DNA from: Oopsacas minuta
Taxonomy: Eukaryota; Animalia; Porifera
Direction of reading: 5' to 3'
Length of the DNA stretch: 64,000 nt
Assembly: GCA_024704765.1 (NCBI GenBank)
Contig: JAKMXF010000066.1
Span: 186,001-250,000 of the forward strand
The notes under the pieces were generated by a model. It saw only the letters and a program-made list of their open reading frames with translations. It searched no databases and had not been told where the DNA came from. The position numbers and the translations under genes are program-made. This document shows positions 1 through 10,265 of this stretch, in pieces. Numbering within the stretch: position 1 is the stretch's first letter; every line of letters begins with the position of its first letter.

Positions 1-2053
1 TCTTCAACTGTATTCGGGAGTTCCTTAATTGTCCCCATTGTTATACCATCCATAATTAAGAATTCTGGAGCTTCTTGGCATAATGGGCAAATATAGCTTG
101 TCTTATAGTTAATGTCTAACATACGTAAGTACCCATTCCATCCATGCTGTAGTATATGATAACTGAAGGTGAGTTCCCTTCCCATTCTCTCAAATTTATT
201 ATTCTTTGCTCTAAATACAATAAAGAGTAACCAGATCAACTTTCTAAAATGAATTTGATTTAATTGGTTATATAATTATGACTACCGACCGTAATAGATC
301 ACTTTCAATCGATATGTATTTCTTTTGTTATTTTGGTATTCGATTGAGTACATAACCAACGGACAAAAAGTATCTAAAATACATACCTCATGTATCCATG
401 TAGTGTATTCCGAGACATCGTCATAAACTCGCTGTATTCAAATAATACTCCATAGTGGATGAAATAGCGATTGTTGACATTCAGCAGTAAATATTTATTT
501 CCTTCAAACACAGAGGTGCATTTACAACTTCCTTCACAAGTGGATGTATACACTAAAAATTGGGTAAATAAGCTAGCTTGAATATTAAACGACAAATAAA
601 AATATATACTATGTAGTATATAATTAAATAACATACCTGTATGTTCTTTTAAATCGAGGACATCATTTTCTGTGTATATAATGATTCCCTTTTTTGCTAC
701 GACTAGACTTTTGGCAACATATTTATGTCCTTGCTCACAATGCAAAATATCTGGTTCAAGATTTGGGGGTAGAAATAATCCTCGTCTTAACTGTCCATTA
801 TATATAATGGCCTGGTTCTTACTAAGTTTAAAAGGAAGATATTGTTTAGATATGGTAGAATAATCAAGAGGTTTCTGAGGAACGGGTAACTGATCATTGT
901 ATTCTGCCATGATTGCCTGTAGAATTAACTTTTCTTGACACATACTACTACAATTGTCGCAATACCACTTCATTTCTTTCCTATATAGGCAATGATAGCC
1001 ATTCTTCAGCAAAAAAATTGTATTTGCACCTAATGTGTAGTAAGTACTGCCAGCATGGGATTTGGATTCGGAATTGTTTAAGGTTCGGAATTCCAAACAC
1101 AATTCATATGCTTGATAATGTGTGCAAGAATTCGTATGACAAGACAAGCATTTCATCAGACAAGTTTCGATCAAAACTTTTTTCTTGGTTAATATTACTT
1201 CACCTAGAAAATGAAAACACGAATTGAAACACTATAGGATCTGGGAGTACATTTTTCGAATGTTGTGTGCAAATGATTACAAGGCTGCCAAGCAGCGTTT
1301 GATAAAATTGAATACATGGTAGCTAACTTAGCCACCACCTCGCCTAACTAGGCTAAATTCTTTGGTGGCTTAAGGAAAAAAGCTACGGATTTATCGGGAA
1401 TGCTGCCAAGATGTGTAATATAGTATTATGGATTTGTTCGCAGTTGAATTAAATCTATATTATTTAATCTCAATTGTTTTTTGTCCGTTGAATACCCCGA
1501 GGCGCAATGCGGCGATTTCATCGCGAAGCGACGAGCCAAAGGCTCGTATACTTGTATAGCATTAGGCTCTGTTCTGATTCGAGGTTCGGATTAGCGAGGG
1601 TCACTGTAGTTACATATAGGTGTCATACCATTGATTACTTCAAAATCTGACATGAATACTACAGAGCAATCTTGCAAACGCCAAGCCTTCTGTTTATCAG
1701 CAAGCAGATGTACATATTGATATAGTATTGGAATAGTTAGCTCTTCTTGTGAAAAGATTTCAGTGTATACTTCTTTCTTGGGATGACCTAAAAAAGTATA
1801 TTAGGTAGTGTCGTGTTAAATAGTATAACATTCCATGGAAATGGGCCTTTTCAATACGTAACTTACTTGGTACAACTTCAAACTGCTCTTCTGATATTGT
1901 GATATCTACTGGCGAAACATTTGTCTTCGAAATTTCAATTCCTCCAATGTTGAGGGTTGTTGCAGTAATGTCAAATTTCTCCTCAACTATTCTTCGTTTC
2001 CTTGGATGTGGGTGTTTAATTTCAAAAGTTGAGGTAGAGATATTTTCGGCCAT
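1..2053 (-). CDS. KDZ (Kyakuja-Dileera-Zisupton)/HMGXB3-like transposase-derived protein, spliced, 3' end beyond window
   Basis: Phase-consistent GT-AG exons: 2053-1867, 1787-1629, 1203-637, 552-387, 210-<1. The translation contains CLSCHTNSCTH (SWIM-like CxxC..CxH), CKCTSVFEGNKYLLLNVNNRYFIHYGVL (CxC-cluster-like) and YICPLCQEAPEFLIMDGITMG (the C-x2-C-x2-P-x4-DG motif that starts the KDZ catalytic region). Family assignment is from recalled motifs. Confidence 0.65.
1453..1547 (+). mobile_element. Short, internally deleted Helitron-like element (family A) in intron of the KDZ-like gene
   Basis: Starts A|TCTATATTATTTAATCTCAATTG, like the 24127 element. Ends with hairpin TCGC-GAA-GCGA then ACGAGCCAAAGGCTCG|T, nearly identical to 24650-24682. 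Confidence 0.6.
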
Positions 2054-2135
2054 GTTTAAATGGGTGAGAAGGATGAAACTGATTATTTCTTATTGTATGA
2101 GACAGTCAGAGACTTATACCAGAGTACTAATACTA

Positions 2136-2235
2136 TAGTAGACTCTCGTTAATACGTACACAGGGGACTGCCAAAATACGTACTCCTTATCCGGAGTTAC
2201 GCCTTAACCCTGTTCGTATTAACGAGACTCTATTG
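2136..2235. mobile_element. Tc1/pogo-type MITE (CAGT-ended family)
   Basis: Terminal inverted repeats tagactctcgttaatacg / cgtattaacgagactcta; same end pattern as other CAGT...ACTG elements in the window. Confidence 0.6.
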
Positions 2236-2328
2236 ATATCGGAATACGTACAATTCGTGATATTACTTTTTCTGACCTACATTCACAATATATATGCATA
2301 CAACAAATTGAATAAATATTTTTACATG

Positions 2329-2388
2329 CATGCGCACAGCACTTAACGGACATGCGCACAGTACTTAACGGACATGCGCACAGTACTT
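2329..2388. repeat. 22-bp tandem repeat (about 2.7 copies)
   Basis: catgcgcacag(c/t)acttaacgga units start at 2329, 2351 and 2373 (last partial). Confidence 0.9.
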
Positions 2389-2751
2389 TTTAATATATGC
2401 GATTCCAACTCTATATCAGATAAGAAGTTGGTACGTTCTTCAGTATCTCATTAGATGGCATTTTGGTTTAATTTATAAACATAAATGTATCGTCATGCAC
2501 CACAGATTGTAATTTTTGATATACTTTGATAGTTACAGATAATTGTTCATCGTAAATGTTGCTGCCTAAAATGATCTAATAATCACGTGACTTAAAGTCA
2601 CCCTGAATAATTCCATTAATGATTTTTACACACGATCAGGATATGTACGAACCACAACACAACATACTTCACATTATATATAGCTAGACCTCCATAATTG
2701 TAATGCATACTTCTACTCTCTATTCATAATTGTTGTATATCCATTCGTAAT

Positions 2752-3909
2752 ATGAATCTACAACTCGTTGTCGTTAGCCTTTCAGCACTCCTGCTCGCTG
2801 TTTCAGGACAGTTATCTACCCTATCTCCCAGCTTCTCCTGGGATGGACATCTATCTACCACTACCAACAGTGCGGTGCAAACTACCATTAGCTTTGCTGT
2901 TGATGCAATCAATCGGTTGGAATACGAGACTTTCTCACTACTTTCAGCAACCGACACCCATTATGTCACTTTACATAGTGAGAATGATAGTGAAACGTTT
3001 TTGGTTACAAACGGAGTGTGCACTAGTTCGCCACACAGTCCTAACATTCTCTTCCCTATCGAACCCAATGTATGGGAACTGTTCGCTGCTGGGGATCAAG
3101 ATCCAATTGGGACGTGGACCTTCACAAGAAATGGCATATGGCACCAGGTGACGATGGAAAGTGGATTACCTGTCTCATTCGCTTATCGTTTAGGTGGTAT
3201 TGTACAAGTTATAACAGTTACAAACTTCTACAATACAACACCTGACGCCTCCTTATTCACTCTCCCCACTGAATGCTCCCATTACGATTGTAGTGCCTGT
3301 TACCAGAACCATCCGTTATCTCTCTTATCTCCTAGCTATTCCTTTCGAGGAGAACTAGTAAGAACTGAAAATGGTGTACAGAAGTTTGACGGCCCCTACT
3401 TTCTAGCTGTTGATGTAATCCGTCAGTTGCAATTCGTTGATGAGACTGTATCATCAACAGGAGGAATTACTTCTGACAACATCAGAATATCTAGTGTAAA
3501 TGATGACATTACGTATTTCAGTGCTAATGAAGTGTGTTATCCTGTGGCATACACCCCTCATGAAATGTTCCCGGTTAGTACCAATGTTTGGCTCTCGTAC
3601 CTAGCTGGAACTGAATCACCCAATGGAACTTATACCTTCATAGATAATTACATAACACACCAGGTGGTGATGGTCAATGGAAAACCTGCGTCATTTTATA
3701 TTACTTTCGCTACTACCGAAATTAATATTACAGTTTCATATTTCAACGACACGACACCTGACTTCTCCACATTCACACTACCTAGTGATTGTTCTGATTT
3801 AACCTGTAACTCCTGTTTCGGCTCATCTGCAGTCAGTGTATCCATTAGTAGCTTGTTGCTACTGACTACACTCCTCATTTACATGATTACAGACTTTACT
3901 ACCCTCTAG
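2752..3909 (+). CDS. Secreted, probably GPI-anchored protein with two tandem ependymin-related (EPDR)-like domains
   Basis: Single-exon 385 aa ORF. N-terminal signal peptide (MNLQLVVVSLSALLLAVSG). Two internal repeats end in F-x-x-T-T-P-D-x-S-x-F-T-L-P-x-x-C-S...C-x-x-C, which resembles the EPDR C-terminal F..P..C motif. Hydrophobic C-terminal tail after GSS. Confidence 0.7.
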   Translation: MNLQLVVVSLSALLLAVSGQLSTLSPSFSWDGHLSTTTNSAVQTTISFAVDAINRLEYETFSLLSATDTHYVTLHSENDSETFLVTNGVCTSSPHSPNILFPIEPNVWELFAAGDQDPIGTWTFTRNGIWHQVTMESGLPVSFAYRLGGIVQVITVTNFYNTTPDASLFTLPTECSHYDCSACYQNHPLSLLSPSYSFRGELVRTENGVQKFDGPYFLAVDVIRQLQFVDETVSSTGGITSDNIRISSVNDDITYFSANEVCYPVAYTPHEMFPVSTNVWLSYLAGTESPNGTYTFIDNYITHQVVMVNGKPASFYITFATTEINITVSYFNDTTPDFSTFTLPSDCSDLTCNSCFGSSAVSVSISSLLLLTTLLIYMITDFTTL

Positions 3910-4564
3910 TTCTCAGTCGCACAGTCATTTTATCTATTTATCGTTATATAAGTTAGGCCAGTCACATTAATGATCGAGTTAATTAGTTATTACGAATTAT
4001 TTAGAATGATTTGGAGACATTTATATGCCAAATTATTATTAGTAATGTTTTTAGGGGAGACTGATTATAGAGAAATTATTAGGCCGTAGAATCCAGATCG
4101 GCCGGTTCGCAATGGTTTGACCGGATGTTTTTCATAGGAATGTTAGCTCTATTGCTGACGGGTAGCTGAGGTTTGGCGGACCGGTTTTATGAGCGTGCTA
4201 CGCTCCTGGGTTTCTAATTAGCAACCTAGGTTGCTAGAAAAATCATTTACTTCATACCAATGCAACCATGTGCGCCGCAGCTCCCTTTTGTAAGGGAGGG
4301 TGTACCTGATTGACTAGGATTTGTCTACCCTCCCTGAATACTAGGATACATTCTCCCTGACATCTATGAGTAAACCTTACTGATTAGGAGGGGTATATCC
4401 TCCCTGATTAGCATAGATATACCCTCGCTGACTGATAGGGGTATACCCAGGTATATCCTCCCAAATTAGAGGACCCTCCCTGAGCCCTCCTCTTTTGTAG
4501 AATTTAGCAACAATTAATATCTACAATAGGTGGTTGACTACTTCATATTCAAAATTATGATTAC

Positions 4565-4991
4565 CAGAGCATTAAATGAGCGCGCTTCAAAGAGTGGCAC
4601 GCCAAGTGCGCGCTCCTATTTGAGGAGCGGGATCTGGAGTGCGCTCCTGTTTAATTGCAAAGAATTTACGAATCTCATCGTTATTCTGCATAAAATTTAG
4701 TATTCTTATACTATAAAAAGTGTATGCTGGGACACTTTTGTATAATTCCCATGAAATGGTTCGACGATCCTGTACAATGGTTAACTTCATCCTGATTACT
4801 CAAAATACAATTCTAATGTAAATCTGAAAGAATGAAAAGGAGCGCGATTGGAGCGCGCTCCATTTTTCCTGGAGCGGGAGACGGAGTGTACTAGTTTTCT
4901 GAGTAAGGAGCGGAGGTGGGAGCAGCGCTCCTTTTTTTAGGGCGGAGGAGCGAAAGCCCACTCCATAAAAAGATGAGCGGTTAATGCTCCG
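4565..4991. mobile_element. hAT-like non-autonomous element
   Basis: TIRs cagagcattaa / ttaatgctccg; subterminal GGAGCG/CGCTCC repeats; flanks atgattac / ccgattac look like a degenerate 8-bp TSD. Confidence 0.6.
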
Positions 4992-7586
4992 CCGATTACA
5001 CTAGTATACTGTATCTAAAACGAAATGATGTACAATTTGCATGGAAATAGGAACAATTTCCTCATTGACCACCTGATTTTCCTACAACAATGTAGCGTGA
5101 ACATTGTATTATTAATGTAACTTTGTCGCACGGTGTATGCTGCCCTGTTGTAGCAACAAAGTTGCATCGTGTATGATGGGCTTTACCTAACCTTTCTGAC
5201 CTAGGAGAATTTGGCGACCTCAAATTTACATACGCCTGAACTCAAATCCATTCATAACGTACGGCTTTATAGTGGTCAAGAGTAGCGAAGCTAAGGGATT
5301 GGGCATTTTTTGGTACTAGCATAAAATTTTTGCACACTGATTCTACAAATGATAAAGACCTTTTTACGATCAGGGTTCATCTTGAAGGTCGCATGTATTG
5401 ACCATGGTGGCTATTTTCATGTGTCACCTTGGAACACATTGTGAAGGTTTAATGGAGCAATTATATACGTAGCTAAAATTGATTCATTTATCGTATGGTG
5501 GAGATCTCGGTGACTGGGCCAAATATTTATGTTGAAATGCCGATAAAATTGTTAACTTGATGGCGTATCTTACCTACATCTTATGATTTATTCTTGAAAG
5601 ATAATCGTTTGCATGGAGATAAACAATACAGTAGGAAGTCAGTTGATCGTCTCAAACTATCACATGTATATATCCGTTTGGGGGCAATCAACCGATTTTG
5701 ATTTGGAGACATGATATTCTACATATCAGTATAACATTTCTTGGGCATGAAAGTACTGTTTGTGCGATATTAAACCATTCTGTATATATACTAATATAAT
5801 AATTACTACACTACTATATCCCTAGCGCAAAAATTCGAGGTTGATGGTAGAGAAGGCTATGGATCTACTAACATGTTCAAGTGTGCGAACTACGGAAAAG
5901 AGGCGTGGGGTTCTATTCTAGGATTGAAGACTAAGTAGTTATATAGATTAACAACAAACAATATTCCCAGGTTGTTTACAATATCAAATTCGATTAAGTC
6001 TTGTGTATCCGATTGCCGAAGTACATAGACAATCTTTCTCTGAATTTGAACAATGTTTAGAGTACCTACCTGGTATGAGGTCTAAACCTCTTCTAAAGGG
6101 ATTAAGCTTAAACCATAGTCAAGCCCATTTATTGGAATGCGATAATTGTGTTACTTCTAGAGAGTATAGGTATGTATATGTTATTTGATTATGACCAAGA
6201 TTAAAAGCCCAATACGCAAGAGGGCTTGAAAGTGACCTGTACAGAGTGTAAATGGTTCGAAGCTCTTCAATAAATTGGTAAGTACAAGTCTGGAATTAAG
6301 CCCTCTATAGTAATGGGCTTAAGCCTTTCGAATTTGCCGCTACCCATGCCACTACCGGCCATAGTATACTAAAGGGGTCGTATTGAAATCATGGCCTTTA
6401 TAATAATGGCAAGCTCGCACCCACCATACTGATGCAATATGCAACATTATTGTACCATGTATACTGTAAGGTAATACTTGCATGCAAATGTAACTTGCTG
6501 CATGAAATTGGGAAAGGTTCTATTTTCTTGGAGCATTGTGCCATGTAATTTATATTTTTCATACACCATTATTGCAGCTTGATTGTTACCTTGTTGAGTT
6601 GTATCATGACGTGTATGAAAGGTTTTACGTAACGTCTATATGAAATTGGGAATGATCTAAATGTTCATAGGATTTAGCACAAATTCATTCTATATCTAGG
6701 CTTTTAGGCGTATAGGAGCTCCCAATAATCTATAAAATTTCCTGATTAACAGAATACAGATCTGTTAACATTATGAATATATTCTAGTCCATAGTTTGAT
6801 TAATACACTAAATTTAGTAGGCTGAATAGAGTTCACGAGTTGGCTATTATGAATGTCGTATAAATACAACTGCTAAACTTATATCTCTACTATATAACTT
6901 TCTTCATTACATTCACACAGATCTCTAAATTCTTCAAGGTTTGTTAAAATATTTATAACTGCTAGAATTATATATTGATTTTAGATAAATGTAGTATTAA
7001 CATATTGCTGGTTTGATGCAAACATCATGCTAGAATCATGTGTTTGGATTGTTAACATCATATTTACTTTATACGTATTATTACTACTCAACTAATCTAC
7101 CTCTATATCATCTACTATCAATATAGATGTGTAAATATTTATGTTTGTCAGTAAAAATAATAATAAAATGATATCTCCTGCCTATTTGTCCTAGAAAAAT
7201 GAGAAATAATCAATATTTTACCCATCTGATCGGTTTTGGGCATGTAAAATATAGGGTTTCACGTACATGAAAATATAATATTTTTTATTAAAATCTTTTT
7301 GGGCTAATATGTCTGCAAGACGCTTGCTTTCCACTGTGCCAAATGATTTTCAAATTCATCAAGTATTTTAGCCACAAATACGTCATTATCACTTCCATAT
7401 TTGGTCATTTTTTTGAATTTTCTGAATTTTCTGAACTTTTTCGATTTATCAATCTATGTATTAATAGACTATAGCAGAAAATCGGGGTTGATTTGTGTAA
7501 GTGGGTAGGACAAGGAAGTTTGAAATTCAGGGATCACTAAACACATAGAACGAATTTTAGGCCTGACAAAATTGCCGGATTCATGT

Positions 7587-8015
7587 CAGGGTTGGAGTTT
7601 AACCCGGGTTAAAGAGGTTTAGCCAGGCCCAGTGGGTAAAACCCGGTTTAAACCGAGTTAACTAGGGTTAATCGAACTATAAAAGTATATTTCCCCCTTT
7701 TAGAAACTCAATTTTAATATTATTTAATTAATACATATATTTATGTGGAATGAATGCTAAAATTCTTACTAAATAACGTCTGGTTTTAAGTCAATTGTAC
7801 GATTACAGATGTTTATTTATAGAGACTTTGAATATTTACTGTGTTTACAATTTAATCAAATTATAGTCTGGAAATCCTAAATTAGAGTCTCAAACACAGT
7901 TTAGGTAGTTTACCCAATTATATGAGGTTTAGCACAGTGTAATTATCAGTTTTTGCCATAAAATAGGGTTTAAACCGGGGGGGTGGGGTGGGGTGGGTTA
8001 AACTAGCCAACCCTG
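7587..8015. mobile_element. hAT-type MITE with perfect 8-bp TSD
   Basis: TIRs cagggttgg / ccaaccctg; identical flanking attcatgt at 7579-7586 and 8016-8023; subterminal AACCCGG/GGGTT motifs. Confidence 0.85.
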
Positions 8016-8970
8016 ATTCATGTATAAACCTTGATTATATTACCAACAAATTGAAAAAATGACGAAAATTTGACAAAACATCAAATAAATGACTCAACAA
8101 AAAGATCTAAAGGACTAGGAAACAATTCGTCACGCTAACTATCTTCAACATCGTGTATGGTAAATTTTCCATTCAACTTTGTTGTATCGTGTATGTTAAG
8201 AGCTGCATGGAAATAGAACATGCTCTATTTTCGTGCAACAATGTTGAATTGATTTTCATTATTTATTGTAATTACGTATTACATTGGTTATTACTACTAA
8301 ATTGTTATCTTAAGCAGGATGCTTTATAAATTCTAGAGTATAAACTGGAAATCAATATACGTATACATGAAATTAATAACACAATCGTGTTTTGAAATGA
8401 TAATGAGTTTTTATGAGCTGAGATATACGTATATATAAGGCCATGTAAAGTAATATACTTGTTTCTCATCCACGCCCGCCCCAAATTTTGTCCCCCGTCA
8501 GGAAAGATTATCTTTGTATTTTTTCCAAATTTACTGATAATTCTTTGGTCATAGAGTGTGCAATCCACATTTTACTAGTTGTATAGTTGAAAAATTCAAT
8601 ATGTTAATGCCCAGAGAATGTGGAGAGATAATCGAAGGGTGAAAATATGCAACTTTGTTGCACGAAAATTTTTGTACGAAAATTCTGTGTTTTATCGTTA
8701 CACTGTGCATGTTGTCTTGTTGCATGCAACCAAGTTGCATCGTGTTAAGACACAATCTTCTAAAAACATCATTTATTTGTTGTATTTAACGCTTTCAAAA
8801 CCAATACACACAGCGTCTTAAATTTGTCGTTGTAAGAAAAACATTCAGTATTACAAAACCGTTAATCTCGGCTCCAATTCTAAATTTGATTCTATTTTAC
8901 CGCGACTTAGTGTCTAGGACTCTAGGGTCATATCACACCCCTAAATACAGTAAGTATGACTAGTGTTATG

Positions 8971-9125
8971 CAGTGGTCCGCAACCTTTTCCCATCTATGT
9001 TCAATTTAGGGTTCCACGGATCTCCTGCCATTAATTACAATGCGAAATATTGGAGAGGTCACAGAGCCCTATGATCGCTTATCAATCTCCTTAAGGGTCC
9101 GCGGGCCACATGTTGTGAAACCCTG
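8971..9125. mobile_element. Degenerate hAT/Charlie-like MITE just upstream of the PP2A-like gene
   Basis: Ends cagtggtccgcaac / gttgtgaaaccctg; no clear TSD. Related ends occur near 41830-41970, 50620-50745 and 62720-62800. Confidence 0.45.
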
Positions 9126-9203
9126 GTGCAATTCATATTTCCAACCTTATTATATTGCTGAGAACAGTTTTACATACTAACTATATTTTGTTCTAGTTTA
9201 GCT

Positions 9204-10085
9204 ATGGCACAAGAAGGTACTAGCATCTCAGATATAGACAAGTGGATAGAGAAATTGTATACATGTCAGATTCTGGAAGAGAAAGAAGTTAAACAACTCT
9301 GTGACAAAGCTAAGGAAATACTTTCGAAAGAGTCCAATGTAATAGAAGTGAACAGTCCAATAACAGTGTGTGGAGATCTATTTGGACATTTTCACGACCT
9401 GTTGGAGGTGTTCAAGACTGGAGGGAAATGTCCAGACACCAACTACCTCTTCTTAGGCAATTACATAGACCGCGGTACTCACTCTGTTGAGACTGTGAGC
9501 CTGCTGATTGCACTGAAAATCAAACATCCAGATCGTGTTAACCTCTTACGTGGTAACCATGAATGTCGACAGATCAGTAAAGTATATGGGCTCTATGACG
9601 AGTGTGTCAAAAAGTACGGAAATGGAAATGTTTGGAATTTCTTCATGGACCTCTTTGATCACTTCCCTCTGACAGCACTAATAGAAGGACGGATACTCGG
9701 TGTCCATGGAGGCCTCTCACCTTCAATCGAAACTCTGGATGAGATTCGTGATTTGAACCGTGTTCAAGATGTACCCGTTGAAGGCCCCATATGTGACCTC
9801 CTATGGAGTGATCCAGGCGAGCACGAAGGGTTTGTGAAATCGGCTAGGGGAGCAGGACATTCTTTCGGTGCGGACATCACAGCAAAATTCCACCTTAAAA
9901 ACGATCTCAAAGTGTTAACACGTAGTCACAAGGTAGACGTGGACGGGCACCGATGGCATCATGGCAAGCAAGTGGTTAGCATAAACAGTGCATCAAATTT
10001 TGAACATGACAACTACGCTGCAATAATGCAATTAGATGCACAAGTTCACAAGTTCCTCAAGTTTAAACTTTCAGCTGTGGCTTAA
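9204..10085 (+). CDS. PP2A/PP4-family Ser/Thr phosphatase catalytic-subunit-like protein with degenerate active site
   Basis: Intronless 293 aa ORF colinear with PP2A-C (DQWIEQL-like N-terminus, RGNHE, HGGLSP, DLLWSDP, RGAG). It has GDLFG instead of GDxHG and GNYIDRG instead of GDYVDRG, and lacks the TPDYFL tail. Confidence 0.9.
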   Translation: MAQEGTSISDIDKWIEKLYTCQILEEKEVKQLCDKAKEILSKESNVIEVNSPITVCGDLFGHFHDLLEVFKTGGKCPDTNYLFLGNYIDRGTHSVETVSLLIALKIKHPDRVNLLRGNHECRQISKVYGLYDECVKKYGNGNVWNFFMDLFDHFPLTALIEGRILGVHGGLSPSIETLDEIRDLNRVQDVPVEGPICDLLWSDPGEHEGFVKSARGAGHSFGADITAKFHLKNDLKVLTRSHKVDVDGHRWHHGKQVVSINSASNFEHDNYAAIMQLDAQVHKFLKFKLSAVA

Positions 10086-10265
10086 GTTGGCCCATGAGCT
10101 ACAGATCAACTACCAACTAATCCTACTAGTGGATATTTAGTTTTGTTTGTTGATTGTAACTTTTTGTCTATTTACTTCTATGCTACTACTTTTGATCTTA
10201 GTTTCCCCATTCTTGTTAACTAGACTGTATTTCTGTGAGAGATTGTATCTGCTAATAAACACCCT

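Noticed and set aside
6003-6188. 61-aa ORF and other short ORFs in the 4-9 kb and 10-13 kb repeat-rich regions
   Set aside because: They have non-ATG starts or no motifs, overlap MITEs, and have no splice-consistent partners.
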